Positions 35,965 through 44,816 of a stretch of DNA of 64,000 bases are shown piece after piece. The stretch is taken from sequence record LC819007.1. One strand, written 5' to 3'. A program made the position numbers and the translations under genes. Below the pieces are notes generated by a model. That model searched no databases, had not been told where the DNA came from, and saw nothing but the letters and a program-made list of their open reading frames with translations. Every line of letters begins with the position of its first letter. Position 1 is the first letter of the stretch.

Positions 35965-36774
35965 ATGGGCAAGCAAAACGCCAAGGCTGGTGGTTTCCAG
36001 CTGGCGCAACAAGTCGCGCAACAACAAGCGGCTGAACAAGCCAAGCAAGACAACGCGTCGCAAGAAAGCACCACCCCGGTCGTGAAGCAAGAAGGCGTCG
36101 CTGACGAAAGCAAGAAGGACGTCGTCGAGCAAGGCGAGCAATCGCAAGAAGGCACGCAGGAAAGCACCCAGGAAGGCGCTGAAGGCACCGGTACGGGCTC
36201 GCAGGAGCCGACGGACATCATCACCATCCCGATCACGCCGGTCGCTCCTGCGGCCGCTCCGGTCGTGGAAAAGGCTATCGTCGTCGAGAAGTCGCAACCG
36301 GTTCCGGCCAACGCGACCCTCACCGAAAAGCTGTCCTCGATCCTGAAGGACGTGCCGCCGGCGCATCAGACGGATATCAACCGCATCCTCACGTATCTCG
36401 AACGCATGACGCCGAAGCGTCCGATCGACACGAAGACGGGTGTGGCTGAACAAGTCGCGCTGTACCGTTCGATCCAGAACATCATCAACCGTCAGGAAGA
36501 CTACTTCACGCAGTTGTTCTCGGCGTTGCTGTTCATCTTCAAGAGCGAAGCGCAAGGCGCGCTGGGCGATCGTTATCGCAATCGTTTCATGGACAACGTC
36601 ACGTTGGCCGCGGGCGATCGCAAGGCCTTCGCACACATCGGTCATGCGCTGTTCCTGCTGGCCGATCCGCAAAGCCGTCAACTGGCGCTGCGCCAGCTGA
36701 ACCTGGAAAAGGTTCTGGAAAACGGTCTCACGGCAGCGGGTCAGGCGCGCGTGCTGCATTACTTCGGCGTGTAA
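35965..36774 (+). CDS. Conserved phiKZ-like (probably virion) protein with disordered N-terminus
   Basis: Start moved to ATG 35965 (GGAG RBS); Q/E-rich N-half and a helical C-domain. Confidence 0.65.
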   Translation: MGKQNAKAGGFQLAQQVAQQQAAEQAKQDNASQESTTPVVKQEGVADESKKDVVEQGEQSQEGTQESTQEGAEGTGTGSQEPTDIITIPITPVAPAAAPVVEKAIVVEKSQPVPANATLTEKLSSILKDVPPAHQTDINRILTYLERMTPKRPIDTKTGVAEQVALYRSIQNIINRQEDYFTQLFSALLFIFKSEAQGALGDRYRNRFMDNVTLAAGDRKAFAHIGHALFLLADPQSRQLALRQLNLEKVLENGLTAAGQARVLHYFGV

Positions 36775-36850
36775 GCTTTCAGGCTTAATCCCTCCTTCTA
36801 CTCCTGCGGGGGGTAGAAGGAGTTTATGTCTTCTAAAAGGAGAAGCGACT

Positions 36851-37693
36851 ATGGCGATGACGAAATCGCAGGTCAAACAACTGCAACGTGCGTTGCGTGA
36901 AACGGTGATGCCCAATATCTCCGTGGACGGCGCATGGGGCAAGCAGTGCGACGATGGCCTGGCAGCCTATGCTCAGACCACCGGCACGGATACGGCAGGC
37001 GCTACGGCCCTGCTCACGGCTTATGCGGAGCTGCGTTTCGTCAATGACGACGCGTTCGCTACTGCTGCAGCGGCTCTCAGTGTTCCCGAGAGTTATGTAC
37101 GAGCTATCGCTCAGGTGGAGACCAACGGCGATGGTTTTCTGAAAGACGGGCGCGTCAAGATCCTGTTCGAGCGGCACTGGTTCTACAAGGACCTCACCGC
37201 AGCTCTTGCTACGTCGTCCGATGCGCGCGTCCATGTGGCGGCGAAGCTGGGTATTGCTACGCAGTCCTCTGTCTCCCAGCTGATGGCAGAGATGGTCAAA
37301 CAGCAGAATAACATCTGCGACCCGACCCGTGGCGGCTACAAGGGCAACGAACTGGAGTGGGATCGTCTGAACCTGGCGATGGACTACGACGTCGAAGCGG
37401 CCGCTCAGTCGGCTAGTTATGGCGGCTTCCAGTTGATGGGCTTCAACTTCAAGCAGTGCGGTTACCCCAACGCGCGCACGATGATGATTGATCTCGCGGG
37501 TTCGGAGTCCAAGCAGTTCCTGGCTGTGGTGGCGTTCATTAAGGCCAACCCCAACCTGCTCTCGGCGGTTCGAGCAGCAGACTGGGCGAAGTTCGCTATG
37601 GGCTACAACGGTTCCTCGTACAAGGAAAACAAGTACGACACCAAGCTGGCTGATGCGGTCACTGCTTTCAACAAGCAAACTGCACTGGCTTAA
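36851..37693 (+). CDS. N-acetylmuramidase (DUF3380-type) endolysin-like protein with N-terminal PG-binding-like segment
   Basis: IAQVETNGDGF...ILFERHWF, SASYGGFQLMGFN and WAKFAMGYNG; N-terminal LQRAL...VDGAWG; AGGAG RBS. Confidence 0.88.
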   Translation: MAMTKSQVKQLQRALRETVMPNISVDGAWGKQCDDGLAAYAQTTGTDTAGATALLTAYAELRFVNDDAFATAAAALSVPESYVRAIAQVETNGDGFLKDGRVKILFERHWFYKDLTAALATSSDARVHVAAKLGIATQSSVSQLMAEMVKQQNNICDPTRGGYKGNELEWDRLNLAMDYDVEAAAQSASYGGFQLMGFNFKQCGYPNARTMMIDLAGSESKQFLAVVAFIKANPNLLSAVRAADWAKFAMGYNGSSYKENKYDTKLADAVTAFNKQTALA

Positions 37694-37711
37694 GCAAAAA
37701 AAAAATAGCGA

Positions 37712-37756
37712 CATAAGCAGAGAGAAACGACCTCACGGTCGTTTCTCTCTTTATGC
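37712..37756. terminator. Bidirectional terminator flanked by CATAA/TTATGC
   Basis: AGAGAGAAACGACC/GGTCGTTTCTCTCT stem between convergent genes. Confidence 0.85.
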
Positions 37757-37765
37757 CGTTAAGGC

Positions 37766-38896
37766 TTAAGCACGAATGCCGGCAGCGAAATCAGTCAGCT
37801 CCTTCAGCAGACGGGCCGTGTAAGTGGCCGTCAGTTGAATCGGGCTGAACCAACGCGGATGCTCGGCGTCCTTGTCCGACAGGCCGACCATGTACACCGC
37901 GATGTGATCCGGTTCGAGAATCGGCAGCGTCCAGACCAGGATCGTCGACTTCATGCGCAGAACAACACACTCGGGCAACGAGTCACCGGCGAAGAAGCCA
38001 CTCGGCAGACCGGCGCGGTCCTGCGCCGCAAGTTGCAGCGGGTTGGCACGCTTGTACCACTTGAAACCATCCGAGCCCACCGTGATCGTCCCGCGACCAT
38101 TCGGCAGCCACGGACCGGCGGCGAAGATGTCGAGCAGCGGCGATTCCGGTCCGAAGATAATGCCGAGGCTGTTTTGTGGTGGCTGACTGACTTGCGTCTG
38201 AGCGACGGGTGCATCGTTCAGAGCCTTGACGGGCGGCAGACCACCCGAGGTCGGTGCGAGGTTCAGGTCGACCGGCGAATGAATCGCCATACCAGCCGAC
38301 GTCGACGCCGACGTGTAATCCGCTTCGCTCAGATCGAGCTTTTGCAGATCCTGACGACGTGCTTCTTGTTCAGCTGCGTGAGCGGCGGCAGCGGCGCGTG
38401 CACCACTAACCGTCGGAGTGCCGTCAGGCAACGTACCCGGTGCCATGGGCGGAATCGTGCGACCAGCAGTCGGTTCATCGATTTCACTAGCCGACGCGTG
38501 ATCCATGGCTTCGACGGGCGGCGGACGACGCGAGGCCAGTGCGGCCTGTGCAGTGTTTTCACGCAGCCGGGCGATGGCTTCGTCCAGCGTAGCGGCCGAC
38601 TTGGCAGCCACATCGACAGCCGGCGTTTCTTTGCCACCGATCGAGTTCCGATAAGCCTGAAGGTGATTCGAGTAATACGCGGCCATCGATTCCAGATTGT
38701 CCTTGACATTCTGGATGTCGACGAGACCTTGCTTGGTCAGAATCGACGGGCAGGTGTCACTACCCGGTTGCCACTGCACGGCGTCGCGCAACACCGTTTC
38801 GAGAATCTTGTTCGCGTTGTCGGCAGCGGTTGTGATCGCGCCATGGAGAAACTCCAGACGCTGTTGAACCGATTGATGGATATTCGTGTCGGACAT
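37766..38896 (-). CDS. Hypothetical protein (coiled N-region, A/P-rich linker, small C-domain)
   Basis: 376-aa ORF downstream of the helicase, ending at a bidirectional terminator. Confidence 0.65.
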   Translation of the reverse strand: MSDTNIHQSVQQRLEFLHGAITTAADNANKILETVLRDAVQWQPGSDTCPSILTKQGLVDIQNVKDNLESMAAYYSNHLQAYRNSIGGKETPAVDVAAKSAATLDEAIARLRENTAQAALASRRPPPVEAMDHASASEIDEPTAGRTIPPMAPGTLPDGTPTVSGARAAAAAHAAEQEARRQDLQKLDLSEADYTSASTSAGMAIHSPVDLNLAPTSGGLPPVKALNDAPVAQTQVSQPPQNSLGIIFGPESPLLDIFAAGPWLPNGRGTITVGSDGFKWYKRANPLQLAAQDRAGLPSGFFAGDSLPECVVLRMKSTILVWTLPILEPDHIAVYMVGLSDKDAEHPRWFSPIQLTATYTARLLKELTDFAAGIRA

Positions 38897-38939
38897 GATG
38901 ATGGAGGAAACGCCTGACGGATGGCTCCGTCAGGCTAGG

Positions 38940-40520
38940 TTAGTGGATCGTTGTATTACCTGCGTGCATCACTTCACCAACCACATACGGCAAGGTGATG
39001 AGATGACACTCTGCCGCTTTCTCAGCCAGCAGTAACTCTTTCTTGATGTGGTACTCCATGTGCTTGGGTATTTCCTCACAGATGAGATACTCAAACTCCA
39101 CATCCACACCGTCGATCTTGCGCAACCGCCCAAAGCCCTGAATGTTCGCCGCCGACGCGCTCACATTGTTCGTCAGCAATACCGTGATCAGGCCCTTGAT
39201 GTCGTGCCCCGTACCGGCCGAGCCGATCGTAGACACACAGACTGTGGCGTTCATCAGGTTGTCGTACGGATCGTTTTCCACGTAACGCCGGATATCCAAG
39301 TCCGGGTGACGCTTCTTCAGATACTCCACGATAGCCGTACACATCTGGATCGACGCTGCGTAAATCAAACACTTCTGACCGGGCTCGAAGCGCGTCAAGA
39401 ACCGCACCTGGAACCGATGATCAATCAGGTCAAGATAGTGCCTCAACAACCAACCATAGCGATTGCCGAAGAAGTTCTTCTCGTACGCCATGTGCGAGTA
39501 GTTGGCTGACCCCATCTCGGTTGTTCGTAAGTTCTCCACGCCTTTGATGCGATAGCGCACGGCGTAAGACTTCACGTACTTGTCTTCCACGACTACCTTA
39601 CACCGTTCTTCCGGCGGATAGGCAATCTCCTGCATCTTGCGAATGAACTGGTCATCCGAGATCAGCGTGGCAGACAAAGAGATGGACCACTCGATGTGCG
39701 TGTACAGGTCGATCTTGAAGTTGCAGTGGAAATCTTCGTGCACTTCATCGATGATCCGCAGACCGGCCTGAATCACCTGACAGAACTGTTCGGGCAAGCA
39801 GTCGTAGCCCATATCCAGAATCGCATCGCCCTTTTGCTCATACAGGTCAATGTAGTTCTGGAAGGTCCGGTTCGACACGAGGATCGCTTTCGCTTCCAGC
39901 GTGCCTTCCTTAGCGGCCCGAATCACTTCCATCAGCATGGCGGAGCCTTGCACGACGATCACGTCACGCGAGGCTTTCATACCGAGCAACTCTTCCAAGT
40001 CACTCGGCCACTTCTTCAGATACTTCGGCTTCAGAAACGCAACAATGCGCTTATCCAGCTGCGACGCAAACCACGACGCAACGAAGGTCTTCCCCTTGCC
40101 CGGAGGAATCCCCACAAACTTACGTCGGGAAGGCTCAGGCGAGATGTTGTACTGATTGATCTCGACCTGATAGTCACGAGGCGTTTTCTCCTTGGTGATC
40201 TCGCAGTCAAGCTTGGCGGCATCGACGTACCCGTATTCCTGCACAGTCCAGCCGTGCTCAGGTACACCTGTGTCTGCGAGGTAATGCTGAAAAGCCTTCC
40301 ACTGGCCAATGTGGAGGCGGATGTGGTTCTTGCGGGCCACTTTCGCCGCAAACACCTTGAGTGGACCACGCTTGAAGAAGCGCCCCACTTTGATCATGCC
40401 GAACTGGATATAGTTGCGGACAAACTTCTCCACAATGGCCTGTCCAGACGGCGACATGTTCTTCACCACGACGTGATGCGAGAACTTGTCGATCTCAAAA
40501 TACTTGCTGACAGCACTCAT
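38940..40520 (-). CDS. SF2 (DExH) helicase (phiKZ gp75-like)
   Basis: Walker A PPGKGKT, DEVH, SLSAT (III) and QGFGRLRK (VI); follows the nvRNAP beta/beta-prime genes as in phiKZ. Confidence 0.9.
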   Translation of the reverse strand: MSAVSKYFEIDKFSHHVVVKNMSPSGQAIVEKFVRNYIQFGMIKVGRFFKRGPLKVFAAKVARKNHIRLHIGQWKAFQHYLADTGVPEHGWTVQEYGYVDAAKLDCEITKEKTPRDYQVEINQYNISPEPSRRKFVGIPPGKGKTFVASWFASQLDKRIVAFLKPKYLKKWPSDLEELLGMKASRDVIVVQGSAMLMEVIRAAKEGTLEAKAILVSNRTFQNYIDLYEQKGDAILDMGYDCLPEQFCQVIQAGLRIIDEVHEDFHCNFKIDLYTHIEWSISLSATLISDDQFIRKMQEIAYPPEERCKVVVEDKYVKSYAVRYRIKGVENLRTTEMGSANYSHMAYEKNFFGNRYGWLLRHYLDLIDHRFQVRFLTRFEPGQKCLIYAASIQMCTAIVEYLKKRHPDLDIRRYVENDPYDNLMNATVCVSTIGSAGTGHDIKGLITVLLTNNVSASAANIQGFGRLRKIDGVDVEFEYLICEEIPKHMEYHIKKELLLAEKAAECHLITLPYVVGEVMHAGNTTIH

Positions 40521-40586
40521 GTTTTCTCGCCTTCATACAGGACTCTATGGGATATCTCTCCCAGGTAAGAAAATATGGGCTGCTGT

Positions 40587-40730
40587 TTAACCAGGTACAT
40601 GGCAGTCATGGCCCCAGCAATCAGGGCACGGACCCGGCACCCGCGTGTCATAACGCGGACAGTAATAACGACGCACGGGTTGTTCTTGCTGCTGTACTGG
40701 TTGCGGCGCAGGCTTTTCAGGTAGCGTCAC
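40587..40730 (-). CDS. Small Cys/His-rich peptide (47 aa, possible zinc finger)
   Basis: GTG 40730 with a GGAGG RBS inside the phosphatase 3' end; ...YYCPRYDTRVPGPCPDCWGHDCHVPG. Confidence 0.45.
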   Translation of the reverse strand: MTLPEKPAPQPVQQQEQPVRRYYCPRYDTRVPGPCPDCWGHDCHVPG

Positions 40731-41352
40731 TTTCTGCTTCCTCCCGATCCATGTGCGCATGCAGGATACAGCTCCACACACGCTGGTTGCCGTGATCGCC
40801 GTCATCACGATACGCGATGAGCGAACCGTCGCGGCCATAGCACTTCACCAGACGGCCGGTGCATTCAGCAATCGCCAGTGCGGCGGCTTTCGAGCGCGAC
40901 TGGCCCATGTTGCAATGAACCACGATGGTCGGTGCGTCCTTGTGCTTGAGCACAAAGTCGACGATTGCTTCGCCGTCTTCGAGACGACACCAGCGATCCC
41001 CCTGAGCCTCGCTACGAACGCTCACGTGGTCATGAAAGCCCCGGTGCAGTACTTCGACGTCATCCGGCTTGCGGAAGAACTGGGGAGGCTCTGCGTGCGT
41101 GTCAGTGATACTGATGATCGCATCGCCCGAACGGTACGGATAACCCGAGGCGTCATTACGCGACATGAAGATCACGCGTTTCGTACCCGGAGCTTCTGTC
41201 ACGGGCTTTTGTTTGTTCTCCTCGGCCTTGGCGTTCTCTTGCGGACTCAGGAAAGCCTTCTGAGGTTTGGCGGGATCGTAGAACGCTACACCTGCGCGCT
41301 CTGCCTGGCGCTTTTGTGCTGCGCGCTGTTCGTATTTGCTGACTTTCGGCAT
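40717..41352 (-). CDS. Cys-based (PTP/dual-specificity-like) phosphatase
   Basis: VVHCNMGQSRSKA = HCx5R loop; DAIISIT and FHD upstream motifs. Confidence 0.85.
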   Translation of the reverse strand: MPKVSKYEQRAAQKRQAERAGVAFYDPAKPQKAFLSPQENAKAEENKQKPVTEAPGTKRVIFMSRNDASGYPYRSGDAIISITDTHAEPPQFFRKPDDVEVLHRGFHDHVSVRSEAQGDRWCRLEDGEAIVDFVLKHKDAPTIVVHCNMGQSRSKAAALAIAECTGRLVKCYGRDGSLIAYRDDGDHGNQRVWSCILHAHMDREEAESDAT

Positions 41353-41424
41353 GGTCTATTCCAAAAGAAAAAAGAGGCAACACAAAACCCGGAGGTTTCC
41401 CTCCGGGCTTAGCGCAACGTGTCG

Positions 41425-42627
41425 TTACTTCGTTTCGTAGAGCTTGATCACCGGCTTGCCAGCTTCGATCTGGATCGCGAGAACCCAGTCGTGCTTCTTC
41501 GCTTCCTCGATGAGTGCTTTCGCACGCTTCTTGATGCTGACGCCAGCTTCGGCGCGCACCGTGATCATCGCACCGTCCTTGTCGAACGGAATCAGCTCGA
41601 CAATCGTGCCGCTCGGGCTGCGGTTGATGATCGGCCACAGGTCGAAGCTCTTCGCCAGGTCGAGCAGTTCGTTGATCTTGCCCATCAGCACTTGCTTCTT
41701 CGCCGTCTTGGACAGCTTCGCTTGTGCTGCGTGTTCACGGTACTTGAAGACGATACCGTTGAGCGTCAGGTCGCCATCGACCAGACCACCCGCCGCGCGG
41801 ATTTCCTTGACGACTGCGTCGAACTTGTCGAGGAGTTCCTTGCCCTTCTTCGCGTCTTCCGACACATTCACGAGCGTCTTGACCAGTGTTTTCTTGGCCG
41901 GAGCTTTCGACAGCGAATTGCTGACCGATTCGACGATATCCGCGGCTTGCTTAGCCGTAGCGTTTTCCGGAATGCCGACATTGATGACACGACGAGCAGG
42001 CTTCTTCGTAGCGACGGTCTTCTTAGCCGTCACGTCGATCACGCGCTTGGCCGGTGCAGCAGGTACGTCCTTCAGCGCGTCAGCCGCCTTCTTGATGGCC
42101 TTCTTCGCTGCCGGAGCGATATCCGACTTCACTGAGCCGACAACCGGAGCCGGAACCTTCTTGGCCGGTGTCGAACGCACAACTGCTGCTGCGTCAGCCG
42201 GCTCGGCAGTCTTCGTCGTGCCGACTGCGCGCTTCACACGACCGAGCTTTTGCGGAGCTTGTGCACCCGGAAGCAAGCCGAATGAGCCGGAGAGTGACGC
42301 GTTCTGAATCTTCTTGTTCGAGCGCGTGGTTGCCTTAGCCGTCGAGGGCGTGACAACCTTGGCCATCGGGTCATTGACCGGCTCGACTTTCTTCGCGAGC
42401 GGATCGGGCACTTCGATTTTCGTTTCCAGCAGGCTCTTAGCCTTTGCGCCCGCCGGATCGTTCACGAGACCCGTCTGCGAGGCCGGCGTGGTGCGCTTGA
42501 TGCGCTTCACAGCGGGCTTCTTCGGTGCAGGAGCCGAGGTCTTGTCAGCGGTCTTGACGGTGGTAGCTTTTGCTGCAACGCGCGCTGCAACTTTGGAACC
42601 GAACTGCGCTTTCTTGATGGTCGTCAT
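41425..42627 (-). CDS. Lys/Ala/Pro-rich histone-H1-like protein with C-terminal globular domain
   Basis: About 270 aa of PAKK/AAKK/TAKK-type low-complexity sequence, then about 130 aa with folded-looking sequence; AAGGA RBS; own terminator. Confidence 0.7.
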   Translation of the reverse strand: MTTIKKAQFGSKVAARVAAKATTVKTADKTSAPAPKKPAVKRIKRTTPASQTGLVNDPAGAKAKSLLETKIEVPDPLAKKVEPVNDPMAKVVTPSTAKATTRSNKKIQNASLSGSFGLLPGAQAPQKLGRVKRAVGTTKTAEPADAAAVVRSTPAKKVPAPVVGSVKSDIAPAAKKAIKKAADALKDVPAAPAKRVIDVTAKKTVATKKPARRVINVGIPENATAKQAADIVESVSNSLSKAPAKKTLVKTLVNVSEDAKKGKELLDKFDAVVKEIRAAGGLVDGDLTLNGIVFKYREHAAQAKLSKTAKKQVLMGKINELLDLAKSFDLWPIINRSPSGTIVELIPFDKDGAMITVRAEAGVSIKKRAKALIEEAKKHDWVLAIQIEAGKPVIKLYETK

Positions 42628-42729
42628 GGTTTGTCCTTTAGAGTAAATGACGTGGTGTGATTACTGCAGAGAATGATTGGGTGAAGTAAAAAGCAGCATA
42701 AAGCAGGGACCGAAGTCCCCGCCTTACAC

Positions 42730-44760
42730 TTAGTAGTTGCCGCGACCACCAGCCAACCGGTCTTCCTGCTCCGCAACTTCACGCGGCATCAGAATCCCGT
42801 CGAACGGATGGTTCGGTCGATTCTTGAGACTGAACGACTCCGGTGCGTAGATCCCTTCGGCGTGATGTTCGTACGCCATGAACGGTGCCAGCGACCGATA
42901 CGCGATGATGTTCCGCAGAACGCCCAAGCCGCTTTCCGTCCACGGCTTCGGCATCGAGTAGTCGTAACGTTCAGCAGAGCGGATCAACGCCCCACGCAAC
43001 GTCACCGACACCACAGCGAGGTTCACCCGCGCTTTACGGTTCATCAGCTCCGTCAGCTCCACGAGGGTCGAGGCAGGGTCGATCAGGCGATCGCGCTCCA
43101 CCACTTCCTTCACGGTCGACTCCAGCACCTTTGCGATGTCTCGCGAGTGGTCCGACATGCTGAAATCTCGCATCGGCAACGACGCGAACGGCACATTCCA
43201 CTTCCAGCCTTTCAGCGGGATCACGTAGCAGCCCAGTTCTTCATCCACCGTATAACTCACGGCCTTGATGTGTTCCAGGAATTCGTACGTGAGGAATGGT
43301 GCACGCTTGCCGTCCTTGATGGTGACTTCTTCGCCATCGCCATTGGCTCGCCGGATCGTGACTTCCGAGAGTTCTGACATGCGCGATTCCATCAACACCT
43401 GGACGTTGTCGACGTTGTAGATGTCGGACAGGTTCGGCGCCGCTTCGCAATCGAACAACAGCGACAACTCGCCGTTCTTGCCATCGGGCTTGAGCGTATC
43501 GGCGAACAGATACCGATTGCCGTCGCTCGACAGCTTGACGAACAACTGCGTACGCGCGTCGAGTGTGGCACCCTTGATGCTCTTGGACGAATCCAAGTGC
43601 TTCGTGGACAACACGCCCTGTGCGTTCTTTTCCGTCACGTGCGTACAGTTCGCATGGCCGATGTTGCTGTTGGACGGGATCAGTTCGCTCATCAAGCCGT
43701 AACACGTCGAGCAGATGCCGTTCGGGTCCGGATGCGCACAGTACATCACATTGCGCAGCTTGATGCTTTCGCCGATCAGATACTTGTCGTCCCGATGCAC
43801 CGTCTTCAGAATGCCATCGCTGTCGACGTAGTGGTTGCCTTCGAGAATCTCCAGATCGCTCGGTTTGTCCTCGTGCTTGCCTTGCACCCGCCAGTTCAAG
43901 AACCGGGTCGTGCCGCAGTCCATGTGGTGCAGATTCTCCACCCCCATGTCCATTGTGCGCAGCTTACGCGAGAAGTATTCCGTATCCTGCAGGTCGCCCT
44001 TGGATGCATTCAAGGCCTTGGCTGCCGAGCGCGACTCGATCTGGATGTCCCGTTGCGAGCGGATACCCTGATAATAGCCGCGCATGATCGGAATACCGAA
44101 ACGCTCGTTGTTGATGTCCGTCAAGAAACCACGCGGTCCCACGCACTGATGCACCTGCTTGGCCGAAACCAGACCGGAGCGATACAGCTTCGAGAGTGCG
44201 TTGTTGCGCAACGACGCCTTGTGCATCAGCACCGCATCCACCGTGTAGTAGATATCGGCGATGGACTCTTCATCCGGCTTCGCACGCTCGTACGCCGCCA
44301 CCACATCCGCATCCTTGAACACGGCGTGGAAGTCGAACAGATTCAGCGACGTGATATACGCGCCAAGGTAGCGCACCATGTCGTTGTAATGCTGGTTCGA
44401 GATGTTGTACGCCAACTCTGCCAGTTCGAAACGCAAGTCCACCATGCGCTCGATCGTGTGCGTCTTGGACAGATAGTCGGCGCAATCCCAAAGGACGTTT
44501 TGGATCAGCTTGATGTGCGTCTCCATGCCCAACCGCTTACCGCCCAACGCTGTCGAGATATGATGCCGACGCGTGATCGGCAATCCGGGATATGCTGCGT
44601 GAAACTCCCAGAAGTACCGACTGTAGATGACCTCCTTGTGGTTGGTCTCGATTTCCTCACCGTCGTCAAAGACGAGAATGAAGGGTCCTGCCAGCGAACG
44701 CCAGGTATCCTGGACACTGAGTCCGAGAATAGTCCGGGCCGCGATACGTTTTAGTGACAT
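42730..44760 (-). CDS. Non-virion RNA polymerase beta-prime subunit, C-terminal part (phiKZ gp74-like)
   Basis: CVGPRGF, TEYFSRKL (bridge helix), CGT...CAHPDPNGICSTCYG zinc site and QGVLSTKH (trigger-loop-like). Confidence 0.9.
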   Translation of the reverse strand: MSLKRIAARTILGLSVQDTWRSLAGPFILVFDDGEEIETNHKEVIYSRYFWEFHAAYPGLPITRRHHISTALGGKRLGMETHIKLIQNVLWDCADYLSKTHTIERMVDLRFELAELAYNISNQHYNDMVRYLGAYITSLNLFDFHAVFKDADVVAAYERAKPDEESIADIYYTVDAVLMHKASLRNNALSKLYRSGLVSAKQVHQCVGPRGFLTDINNERFGIPIMRGYYQGIRSQRDIQIESRSAAKALNASKGDLQDTEYFSRKLRTMDMGVENLHHMDCGTTRFLNWRVQGKHEDKPSDLEILEGNHYVDSDGILKTVHRDDKYLIGESIKLRNVMYCAHPDPNGICSTCYGLMSELIPSNSNIGHANCTHVTEKNAQGVLSTKHLDSSKSIKGATLDARTQLFVKLSSDGNRYLFADTLKPDGKNGELSLLFDCEAAPNLSDIYNVDNVQVLMESRMSELSEVTIRRANGDGEEVTIKDGKRAPFLTYEFLEHIKAVSYTVDEELGCYVIPLKGWKWNVPFASLPMRDFSMSDHSRDIAKVLESTVKEVVERDRLIDPASTLVELTELMNRKARVNLAVVSVTLRGALIRSAERYDYSMPKPWTESGLGVLRNIIAYRSLAPFMAYEHHAEGIYAPESFSLKNRPNHPFDGILMPREVAEQEDRLAGGRGNY

Positions 44761-44816
44761 ATTGCTTTACCTTTGAGAGAACGAGTCCGGTGGGTTAGGC
44801 CGGACCCAAGGAGTTG

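Noticed and set aside
37696-37705. 10-A homopolymer after the muramidase as a phase-variation tract
   Set aside because: It lies outside coding sequence, after the stop and beside a terminator; no reading frame is affected.
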